Assembly (NCBI GenBank): GCA_000002975.1
Contig: AF083031.2
Coordinates: forward strand, 30,001-62,000
Length of the DNA: 32,000 bases
Direction: 5' to 3'
Source of the DNA: Guillardia theta nucleomorph
Lineage: Eukaryota > Protista > Cryptophyta
The translations under genes were made by a program, and so were the position numbers. Below are positions 17,789 through 26,249 of this stretch, piece by piece (position 1 is the first letter of the stretch; each line of letters starts with the position of its first letter). A model generated the notes under the pieces. That model saw only the letters and a program-made list of their open reading frames with translations. It was not told where the DNA came from and did no database searches.

Positions 17789-20700
17789 TAATTATTAAAA
17801 TTTAGTCTAGCAATTATATTCATCGATTGTAATTCTTGTAATAGCAGTTTACAAGCATAAGGTATCTTTACTGCAACCACATTAGTGTTAGAATTTGAAG
17901 TATGAATAATTCCAGAGTTTTTATCAAATTTGGCTTCATAGCAATCGGAATTAAGAAGTAATCTGTCTAAAGCTAACTCAGATGCACCGAAACTTATTAA
18001 ACAATCTCTTTCCATCTCACCAAACCTTAACCCGCCTCCTTTACTGCGCCCCTCAACTGGTTGATATGTTAGCTTAGATTTTATTCCAGTTGCTCTCGAA
18101 TGAATCTTATCCTTAACCATATGTTTGAGTCTTTGATAAAAAACAATTCCTGAATAAATTTGATTATTTATCAAATTTCCTGTAATTCCATTATACATAA
18201 AATCCTCTCCATTGGATACAAATCCAAAACTTCGCAAAGATTTAACAATTGTATTTATGTTTATTTTTTTAAAAATTGAACCGTCTTTAAATTTACCAGA
18301 AATACAACCAGATTTTGATAAAATAATTTCAATCGTTTTACCAATCGTCATTCTACTTGGGAAACCATGAGGATTCATTATTATATCAGGACAAATTCCT
18401 TTTTCTGAAAAAGGCATATCCTGTTGTGGTTTAATAAAACCACAGATTCCTTTTTGTCCATGTCTAGATGAAAATTTATCGCCAATTTCAGGATTTCTAC
18501 ACTCTCTTATCAAAAATTTTGCTAATGTTAAATCTAAACCATATTTAACAACAACCAAGTTGTCAGAATATTTCAGATTACTAGTAATTTTTTGATTATT
18601 GTTATTACTTTTGTTTAAGAATTCAAATACTTCTTTGTTATTGTGATTTACTTTACTGAAAAGCTGAGTTAAATGTCTAAAACTACTTATTTCAATTTTG
18701 GTTTTTCTTAAAAAGGCAGTTTTGAAAAAGCCCCTTTCTACACTTGACTTATTTAAAATAATTGCATCTTCTACATCATAACCAGTAAAAGACATTATAG
18801 AAATACATGTATTGATACCAGTTGGACATTTACCGGCTCCTATTAAATTTAATATCTTTGTTTTTAGTATGGGTTTTTGAGGATAAATTAACAGAGATAA
18901 TGTGATATCAATTCTTGAATTCTGATTAAATCCCAAAAAACTCGCAGATTGTTTCCCCATCGAACATTGATATGTGTTACGAGGAGATTGATTATGATCC
19001 GAAAATGGAATTAAAGATGCTGATATTCCTAAAATATTACCTTCGGAAATCTCTAAATGAGAACTTCTAAAATTAATAGCTTTTAATGAGTCTGCAATTA
19101 TTGTGTTGTTTTCTTCATTACTATCAATATATTCAATGAAACCAAACTTCGTTAAAATATTCCAATTAATAATTTTTTTACTATACAATTTAAGATGTTT
19201 TTTTTTTGATTTCAGAATTCCATTTTCAATTATGTATAAGGGCCTACAGAGTCTACCTTTATCTGATAAAATCCAAATTAGTTTCATAGTAGAATCCCAG
19301 TATATCGAAACTGAACTTTCTATCAAATTAGATCTTCTCATATTTCTAAAGCAAAAGAGAAATTTTGACGGAAATTGATGAAATCCGATCAATTTTTGAT
19401 TTAAAAATATTTTAGTCATATTCAGATAATTTTTTATTGTTTTTATCGAACTCAATTTCGAGTCAACACCAAGAATATTGCAGACTTTAGCTAGAAAATA
19501 GTCATTTTCCTGGATAGAAATATGAGAAAGTAGTGCCAAATTTTTAATTAATCCACAAGATTCTCCTTCGGGGGTATCAGAAGTACATATAAACCTCCAC
19601 TGTGTTGGATGAAGATTTCTCGGAGAAATTGATTTTCTTGTTTTTTCAAAATTACTTGATGTTTTTAATAGCATACTAAAACTTGACATAAAAGATAATC
19701 TAGATAAAATTTGTGTTATTCCGTTTTTATCAATCCCATATTTATTTATCTTCCAATTCCCAGTAATAAAAGCATTCTCTATACCATAACTGATAAAATC
19801 AGATTTTATAAAATGATGATAAATAGTTTCATTAACTTCAATTTTTTTTTTTTCTATGAATTTTTTAGACTCAATCCATGATTTGTGCAATAAATCTTCT
19901 AACAAAATTTCTACTAAATCACCTGAAAGTTCTAACCTTTTATTACCGTAATAATCTTTTGAATCCAATAAATCAGGAATCTGTAAAGCGTATAAAAGTT
20001 TTCTAATCATCATTGTCATGAATATCCCTTTTTCTAAATTTTGACTAACTGGATTTTTGTTAACAATAATATGAGAAAGTATATGATCTAAAATTTGATA
20101 ATTCGATTCATTATAAAAAAATGTTATTTTATTAGTTTCTATGAATCTTATATCCAATTTTTGCATCAGATAACATACTGATTGAAATTGATTTACAAAT
20201 CCTATTTTTAAAGATTCGGTTAAGCTATAAAATAATGTTGATTCAAATTCATATCCTATAAGATCGATAATATCCAAATTATTTTCAAATCCAAAAGCTT
20301 TTAGAATTATGAATATTGGTATGTCTTCGATGAAAATTTTGTTTCTGAAATAAATTTTATTTTCTTTGATGATTATAAAACTTTTAGTGTTTCTTTTTTT
20401 ATACGATGAAATTACATATGAATAAAAGTTTCCACTTTTGTCTTTTTCTATTCCTATCCTATTAAGTACAAGTTTTTCTTGTATTAATATGACCTTCTCA
20501 GTACCTTTAATTATAAAATATCCACCAGGGTCTAATGGACATTCATTAATTTTTATATAAAAATCTTCTTTTTTTCCATATAAAATACATCTATTACATT
20601 TTAACATAAGAGGGATTTTAAATATTAAATTATTGTTGATAAATTTTTTCTTGTTATTTATTCTGATAAATAAATCGGAATAGATATCAATACTGTATGT

Positions 20701-20937
20701 GGTATCTTTAATCCTAGAATGAAAAGGGGTGACTGTATTGCCAATATTTTTTTCAAAAAAAGTTCCAATACTCATACTTGTGTTTATAAATTTAATTTCT
20801 AGAAATGAATTGTAGTTCCATATTTCGTTTTCGATTTTCTTAAGGATCGATATTAGTTGGTAATTTATAAGTTTGTTATAAGATTCAATCTGTTGCCAAA
20901 TTAAACCTCTAGATATTAAATACAATCTTAAATTCAT
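17788..20937 (-). CDS. rpc2: RNA polymerase III second-largest subunit
   Basis: DPGGYFIIKGTEKVILIQE, DYYGNKRLELSG, FEKTRK, DTPEGESCGL, GDKFSSRHGQKG and IPYACKLLLQEL. Confidence 0.96.
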   Translation of the reverse strand: MNLRLYLISRGLIWQQIESYNKLINYQLISILKKIENEIWNYNSFLEIKFINTSMSIGTFFEKNIGNTVTPFHSRIKDTTYSIDIYSDLFIRINNKKKFINNNLIFKIPLMLKCNRCILYGKKEDFYIKINECPLDPGGYFIIKGTEKVILIQEKLVLNRIGIEKDKSGNFYSYVISSYKKRNTKSFIIIKENKIYFRNKIFIEDIPIFIILKAFGFENNLDIIDLIGYEFESTLFYSLTESLKIGFVNQFQSVCYLMQKLDIRFIETNKITFFYNESNYQILDHILSHIIVNKNPVSQNLEKGIFMTMMIRKLLYALQIPDLLDSKDYYGNKRLELSGDLVEILLEDLLHKSWIESKKFIEKKKIEVNETIYHHFIKSDFISYGIENAFITGNWKINKYGIDKNGITQILSRLSFMSSFSMLLKTSSNFEKTRKSISPRNLHPTQWRFICTSDTPEGESCGLIKNLALLSHISIQENDYFLAKVCNILGVDSKLSSIKTIKNYLNMTKIFLNQKLIGFHQFPSKFLFCFRNMRRSNLIESSVSIYWDSTMKLIWILSDKGRLCRPLYIIENGILKSKKKHLKLYSKKIINWNILTKFGFIEYIDSNEENNTIIADSLKAINFRSSHLEISEGNILGISASLIPFSDHNQSPRNTYQCSMGKQSASFLGFNQNSRIDITLSLLIYPQKPILKTKILNLIGAGKCPTGINTCISIMSFTGYDVEDAIILNKSSVERGFFKTAFLRKTKIEISSFRHLTQLFSKVNHNNKEVFEFLNKSNNNNQKITSNLKYSDNLVVVKYGLDLTLAKFLIRECRNPEIGDKFSSRHGQKGICGFIKPQQDMPFSEKGICPDIIMNPHGFPSRMTIGKTIEIILSKSGCISGKFKDGSIFKKININTIVKSLRSFGFVSNGEDFMYNGITGNLINNQIYSGIVFYQRLKHMVKDKIHSRATGIKSKLTYQPVEGRSKGGGLRFGEMERDCLISFGASELALDRLLLNSDCYEAKFDKNSGIIHTSNSNTNVVAVKIPYACKLLLQELQSMNIIARLNFNN

Positions 20938-20942
20938 ACAAA

Positions 20943-21041
20943 GCGGTATTAGCTCAGCTGGAAGTATTTCAACAGCGCAGGTCTCATATTGTACGCGATC
21001 CTGAGGTCATGAGTTCGAGTATTATTTTCTCATATACCGCA
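20943..21041 (+). tRNA. trnM(CAU): Elongator tRNA-Met(CAT) with three introns (20965-20973, 20989-20997, ~21020-21027)
   Basis: Acceptor GCGGTAT/ATACCGC plus A73; D-stem GCTC/G|AGC; anticodon arm CAGGT-CTCATA|A-TCCTG with U31:U39; T-arm ATGAG-TTCGAG|T-CTCAT. Removing 9+9+8 nt gives a 73-nt cloverleaf. Confidence 0.92.
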
Positions 21042-21042
21042 A

Positions 21043-21555
21043 TCAGAGTTTTCCAAGGTATTTATCATCAATGCAACCAATTGCCTGAATTGATCCGGTG
21101 TTATATTTTAAATTAAGAATTTTACATCTTATTATATCGTTTTTTTTAATATTGATTGTAGAATTTTTAAAATTAAACAAAGTTTGGGATTGTTGTGAAA
21201 TTAAATCTTGGGAAATAAATTTATTTGATATAAAGATGTTTAATATTCCAGCAGATGCAAATATACCAAAAGATGTAATGTTCTTTACAATAGCATCAAT
21301 TATTTCACCTTTGAAAATTTTTAATACAACTGCCTGGAAATTCACTTTAAACAAAACGCTAGAAAAACCTGGTAGAATTTTACCATATAATTTCTGATTA
21401 TCAATGTTAATTATCATAATAATAGATCCTACATTACCAAATGGCAATCCTTCAGTTAATGTTATTAGCTGTGCAATAAGTGTAGATTTTAGTTGATTAT
21501 TTAACAATTTTGCAGGAATAAATAAGTTTTGATTCAATGTCATAATTGCATACAT
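21043..21555 (-). CDS. rpb7: RNA polymerase II subunit RPB7
   Basis: VNFQAVVLKIFKGEIIDAIV, GIFASAG and AIGCIDDKYLG. Starting at ATG 21555 gives 170 aa; the longer ORF just reads through the tRNA-Ala antisense. Confidence 0.92.
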   Translation of the reverse strand: MYAIMTLNQNLFIPAKLLNNQLKSTLIAQLITLTEGLPFGNVGSIIMIINIDNQKLYGKILPGFSSVLFKVNFQAVVLKIFKGEIIDAIVKNITSFGIFASAGILNIFISNKFISQDLISQQSQTLFNFKNSTINIKKNDIIRCKILNLKYNTGSIQAIGCIDDKYLGKL

Positions 21556-21630
21556 GGGGAAATGACGCAGTGGTAGCGTGTTTGTTTTGCAAGCAAAAGG
21601 TCGTGGGTTCAAAAACTCCCACTTTCTCCA
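21556..21630 (+). tRNA. trnA(UGC): tRNA-Ala(TGC) with a 3-nt T-loop insertion/intron (~21614-21616)
   Basis: Acceptor GGGGAAA/TTTCTCC with G3:U70 and A73; D-arm ACGC/GCGT; anticodon arm TTTGT-TTTGCAA-GCAAA; T-stem GTGGG/CCCAC with a 10-nt loop TTCAAAAACT. Confidence 0.93.
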
Positions 21631-21633
21631 CAT

Positions 21634-23754
21634 ATGATAATTCTAATTGACAATCTTAAAATATTTTTACCATTTAAAAAAATTTATCCAGAGCAAATTC
21701 AATTATTGCATTTAATTAAAAAATTATGGGATATGAATGATAATATTTATTTTAAAATTCCAAAAGGGGTAGGGCTGAGTATTATTTTGTTTTTGTTATT
21801 TTATTATTATTTTACGTTAATTTCCAATGAATATAAATTTATATTCGTAGTTGAAAATTCAATTGAGAAGGAAAATATATCTACTCAAATATTATATTTA
21901 AGAACGAAGGGAATAAATTTAAATAATAGAATTTTAAATTTTCCTGATAGAAATGATTTATGTATAAATTCTAAAGTAAACTCTAATTATATTAATAAAG
22001 AGATTGATAATTTATGTACAAATTTGATTAAATCATCATTGGATGTTATTCGAAGTTCTTTAAATTCTAAATTTGACTTCGTAAATAAATTCAAACTTAA
22101 ACCAAACTGCAATTTTTATATAAACTTTCTATTAAAAAAAAGAAAAATTTATAAAAATTATATTGATACAAGAAAAATTTTAAAATTTAGTAGAAACAAT
22201 AAAGTTTGCCCATATTTTTTTATTCTAAATAATGTAGAAGATTACAATTTTTTGATTTTAAAATTTGATCAAATTATACATTCTTCTAAAAATTATAATT
22301 TAACAAAAAATAAAAAAAAGATTTTTTTACTATTTAGTAATTTTGAAAGTTTTTCTGCTTTACTAAAATCTAAATCAATTATAAGCCTCTCGTTGAAAAC
22401 AATTATCGATTCATATCGAAGTTTGATTATAGTAGAAAGGGATATCATTAAAAAAAAAATTTTCCAAATTAATGTTCTAAAAACATTTAATAATTTCCAT
22501 TTAAAAAAGAATTTTTTTTACATTAAAAAAAATAAAAAAATTTTAAACAACTATTTAGTTACAAAATTAAATTTTCAAAATAAATTTCTACATGAATTAT
22601 ATTATTTAAATTCTTATAGATTTTTCTTAGAAACTCTGCTAAAATTGATTTCAAAAAAGGAAGAAAAATACATATCTTCAATAAATATTTATAAAGACAT
22701 TTTTTTAGATGAGAATGAGATTGAGATAGCACCTGTTTACTTTCAAAATTTTAATGATAATATCTCTCATTATTGTAAGACATATTCATTTTTTGACAAT
22801 AAATCTTTAAACGGAATAAAAAAAATATCCAATTTTTTGATTTTAACCAAATTTTTTTTAAACTATCAAAATAATTTTATAAATATAAAAAGTGAACTTG
22901 ACAAAAATAATTCAGAAAAATTTAAATTAACTTTAGAAATTGATTTTAATTTTGGAATTTTTGAATTTTTTTTTGAACTTTTTAGATCAATTTTTATAAC
23001 AATTAATAATGATTTCGAAATTTCTAAAGCAAATAATTTTTTTAATTGTAAAAATATGTTCTTGGGAAGTATAAAAAATTATCAAAAAAACAAGAATTGT
23101 AATTATATTTTGACAAAATATGTAAACCAAAACAACAAAGCTTCGAAAAAAGATTTATACGAAGATTATGATTTTATAGGTTCAATTCTAAAACTTCAAA
23201 TTTTAGTGGTATTATTTATATTTGATTCAAATAACATTATTGATGATTTTACGAAAAAATTTTTAAAACCTAATATGGAAGATATACTTAATTTTAGAAA
23301 CATAATTATTTATGAAAATTCAAACATTCAAAATTCAAAATTTTTTGATCTTTTTGTGTTGAATTTTGAGTTAGGTTTAAAATGTTTAATAATAACTGAT
23401 GAAAAATCTTACACAGACTTTAATTCGTATTTTTTAAAACATGCTAATATTATAGTAAAGTTTTCATGCGAAAGAAAAAAAAATTGCAGTAGAATAGGAA
23501 TTTTTGGTAAAAATTTTAATTTTTTACCAAAAAATCATAAATTTTTAACGATTTCTTGTACAATAAACGATATTAATTGTTATTCTTTTAAAAAAAAATA
23601 TATTCCAATTGTGATTATAGATTATTTCAAGGAAAATTTTTTTTCAAGCCAATTTTTTTTTTCGTTTTCTGAAGAAAAACTATGTACAAAAAAAAAAAAA
23701 CAAAATATAGTGAATGAGATTAAAAATTTTTTAATTAAATGGTTGTCAATTTAA
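21634..23754 (+). CDS. rad3: Degenerate XPD/Rad3 TFIIH subunit
   Basis: IDNLKIFLPFKKIYPEQ (Q motif); four Fe-S cysteines in RNDLCIN, DNLCTNL, CNFY and CPYF. Confidence 0.85.
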   Translation: MIILIDNLKIFLPFKKIYPEQIQLLHLIKKLWDMNDNIYFKIPKGVGLSIILFLLFYYYFTLISNEYKFIFVVENSIEKENISTQILYLRTKGINLNNRILNFPDRNDLCINSKVNSNYINKEIDNLCTNLIKSSLDVIRSSLNSKFDFVNKFKLKPNCNFYINFLLKKRKIYKNYIDTRKILKFSRNNKVCPYFFILNNVEDYNFLILKFDQIIHSSKNYNLTKNKKKIFLLFSNFESFSALLKSKSIISLSLKTIIDSYRSLIIVERDIIKKKIFQINVLKTFNNFHLKKNFFYIKKNKKILNNYLVTKLNFQNKFLHELYYLNSYRFFLETLLKLISKKEEKYISSINIYKDIFLDENEIEIAPVYFQNFNDNISHYCKTYSFFDNKSLNGIKKISNFLILTKFFLNYQNNFINIKSELDKNNSEKFKLTLEIDFNFGIFEFFFELFRSIFITINNDFEISKANNFFNCKNMFLGSIKNYQKNKNCNYILTKYVNQNNKASKKDLYEDYDFIGSILKLQILVVLFIFDSNNIIDDFTKKFLKPNMEDILNFRNIIIYENSNIQNSKFFDLFVLNFELGLKCLIITDEKSYTDFNSYFLKHANIIVKFSCERKKNCSRIGIFGKNFNFLPKNHKFLTISCTINDINCYSFKKKYIPIVIIDYFKENFFSSQFFFSFSEEKLCTKKKKQNIVNEIKNFLIKWLSI

Positions 23755-23808
23755 ATCTCTAACTTCAGATCAAATTGCTTTCTTTATATACTTATTATTT
23801 AATTATTT

Positions 23809-24630
23809 ATGAGAAAAGGGACATTTTCAATTAGTGAACAAACTCAAATTGATTATGCTATAAAAAGTATAATCGATGAGGAGAAAAAAATTGGAAATTT
23901 ATTTTTATTCAAAGATTTAAGTACTTATAGTAAAAATAAACTTCCAAAAAATTTTTGGAGTAGAGTGGCAAGTTATATTCCATTTAGATCAGTCGAATCC
24001 GTGTATGATCATACTAGGAGAAGATTATCAATCGTGAATTATAAAGGCAGATGGACAGAAAACGATTTATTAAAATTAAAAATTCTAATAGAAAAATATG
24101 GAAAACAGTGGAAAATTATCGGAAAAAATTTAAATAGACTTCCTAGTGCTTGTTACGATAAATGGAGAGATGCGCTAAAAAATTATGAATTTAGAAATAA
24201 AGGAAAATGGACACAAGAAGAAAAATTTAAATTAATACAATTAGTTACAATTCAATCAAAACATAAAAAACTGAATCATATCTATTTTAGAAAAATAGAA
24301 TGGACAAGAATTTCTGAAAGATTGAAAACGAGAAGCTATTTACAATGTAGAAACGAGTGGAATAGATTTTTTATATATGGATGCAAGAATAAATTATCTT
24401 CAAACGATATTTTTAAATTTATAGACTCCATTTTTGCATTTAAAATAAAAGATATTAGTGAAATAAATTGGAATTCAATATTGAAAGGAGTTCCAGGACA
24501 TAAGCTTTATAACAAGTGGAGGTATTTATCCAAAAAATTTTTAATATCACTTAAAGATATAAATTATCCTGTGTCTTTTAAAACTTTAACAAATATAATA
24601 AGACTAAATTTAACTAATCAATTGATTTAA
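23809..24630 (+). CDS. reb1: Reb1/TTF1/DMTF1-like Myb-repeat DNA-binding protein
   Basis: NFW....IPFRSVESVYDH.RR, KGRWT....W..IG..LNR.P..C.DKWR and GKWTQEE...WT.ISE....RS..QCR.EW. Confidence 0.85.
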   Translation: MRKGTFSISEQTQIDYAIKSIIDEEKKIGNLFLFKDLSTYSKNKLPKNFWSRVASYIPFRSVESVYDHTRRRLSIVNYKGRWTENDLLKLKILIEKYGKQWKIIGKNLNRLPSACYDKWRDALKNYEFRNKGKWTQEEKFKLIQLVTIQSKHKKLNHIYFRKIEWTRISERLKTRSYLQCRNEWNRFFIYGCKNKLSSNDIFKFIDSIFAFKIKDISEINWNSILKGVPGHKLYNKWRYLSKKFLISLKDINYPVSFKTLTNIIRLNLTNQLI

Positions 24631-24669
24631 TGTTTAAAATAATATATAAATTGAAATACATTTACTGTA

Positions 24670-26208
24670 ATGAGCTTTGAATTAAAAGATTCGAAATCAT
24701 ATCAAACTTTATCACAAAATATTTCTAGAATAGAAAAAATTATAAAAATATTAAAAACTTCATTCGGACCGTATAGTATGAATAAGATAATCACTAGAAA
24801 AAATGGTAGGGATGTAATTACTAGTGACGGAGCAACGATTGTTAGTAATACAATATCAGAAGATTCGATCGAAAAAATATTGGTTGAAATGGTGAAGAGT
24901 CAAGATTATGAAGAAGGCGATGGTACTACTAGTGTATGTTTATTAACATATGAAATACTGATAGAAAGCTTTAAACTTATTCAACAAGGTTTTGATACAA
25001 AGGATATCATCAAAAATTTGAAGAAATGTGGACTTCTGTGTCAAAAGATACTAAATGAAATTGCAGAAGATAATAAAATTAAAAATTTTTGCAGTTTAAG
25101 ACAATTTTTATTATTTTGTTGTAGTACTTCATTAAAATCCAAGTCGATTTCATCTAAAAGGCACATTTTTTCTAATATACTTGTTGATATTGTATTATCC
25201 ATGGGAAATAAATTTAACAAGAATTCTATCATAATTCAAGAAATCATGGGAGGAAGTTCAGTAGATTCTTTTTTTTTTAATGGAATCTGCTTCAAAAAAC
25301 CTTTTTCTTATGCTGGGTACGAAAAACAAAAAAAAAAATATTTTGACGGAAATTTACTATTAATAAATTTTGAATTGGAATTGAGTGCTGAGAAATTTGA
25401 ATGTGAGTTTAAAATAAAAAATGTGTCTTTTTTTCGAAAATTTATAGACTCAGAATGGAGTATATTTTATGAAAAATTAGATTCAATTGTGTTTTCTGGA
25501 TGTATTGTTGTATTGTCATCACAATCAATCGGTGATTTAGCGACTCAATATTTTTCTGAAAGAAATATGTTGTGTGGAGGAAGAATAGAAATTACAATTT
25601 TAGAAAAAATTTCATCCATTACCAAAGCTAATATAATTCCTTCAGTTTATGAAATTTCTAAAAATTCAATAGGATTTTTTAGAATAATAGAAGAAAAACA
25701 GATTTCCTCGGAAAAATATATCTTTATTAATAGTTATACTTCTAAGACTCTTACATTAATCATAAGAGGAGGCAATGACAATTTGATCAAAGATACAATT
25801 AGAAGTGTTAATGACGGATTGATGGTTATAAAACATATTTATCACACTAATAAATTTGTTGGCGGGGCAGGATCTTGTGAAATGAAATTATCGGAAAAAT
25901 TAAGAAAATATGCAAAAACATTGACAGGAACTGATCAATATATAGTTTCAAAACTATCAAAAGTATTCGAAATAATTCCTAAGACTTTAATAGAAAATTC
26001 AGGAATGGATCCTTTGGAAATAATCGCAAAACTCAGAAAATTAAATTCTAGTTCGGAAAAATGGTATGGAGTCGAATTGTCTAGAGGCAATATAATAGAT
26101 AGTCTTGCTAATTTCGTTTGGGAGCCATTATCCATGAAAATGAACATAATTAAGACTGCATTGGGAACGTGTGATCTAATAATCAATACTGACAATACAA
26201 TTGTTTAA
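24670..26208 (+). CDS. tcpH: Chaperonin CCT subunit eta (CCT7)
   Basis: ITSDGATI and GDGTTSV; eta-specific FKKPFSYAGYEKQ, IGDLATQYF and FVWEP. Confidence 0.92.
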   Translation: MSFELKDSKSYQTLSQNISRIEKIIKILKTSFGPYSMNKIITRKNGRDVITSDGATIVSNTISEDSIEKILVEMVKSQDYEEGDGTTSVCLLTYEILIESFKLIQQGFDTKDIIKNLKKCGLLCQKILNEIAEDNKIKNFCSLRQFLLFCCSTSLKSKSISSKRHIFSNILVDIVLSMGNKFNKNSIIIQEIMGGSSVDSFFFNGICFKKPFSYAGYEKQKKKYFDGNLLLINFELELSAEKFECEFKIKNVSFFRKFIDSEWSIFYEKLDSIVFSGCIVVLSSQSIGDLATQYFSERNMLCGGRIEITILEKISSITKANIIPSVYEISKNSIGFFRIIEEKQISSEKYIFINSYTSKTLTLIIRGGNDNLIKDTIRSVNDGLMVIKHIYHTNKFVGGAGSCEMKLSEKLRKYAKTLTGTDQYIVSKLSKVFEIIPKTLIENSGMDPLEIIAKLRKLNSSSEKWYGVELSRGNIIDSLANFVWEPLSMKMNIIKTALGTCDLIINTDNTIV

Positions 26209-26249
26209 ATCAAAGTTCATTGATTTTTTAATTTGAAAAATAATAAATT

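Noticed and set aside
14831-21397. ORFs 14831-15019, 19103-19378 and 21098-21397
   Set aside because: Alternative-frame or antisense shadows of ORF261, rpc2 and rpb7.
21556-21633. 26-aa N-terminal extension of RPB7, and reading the tRNA as Cys(GCA)
   Set aside because: The extension is the tRNA antisense strand. The 7-nt anticodon loop centres on TGC, and G3:U70 with A73 specifies Ala.
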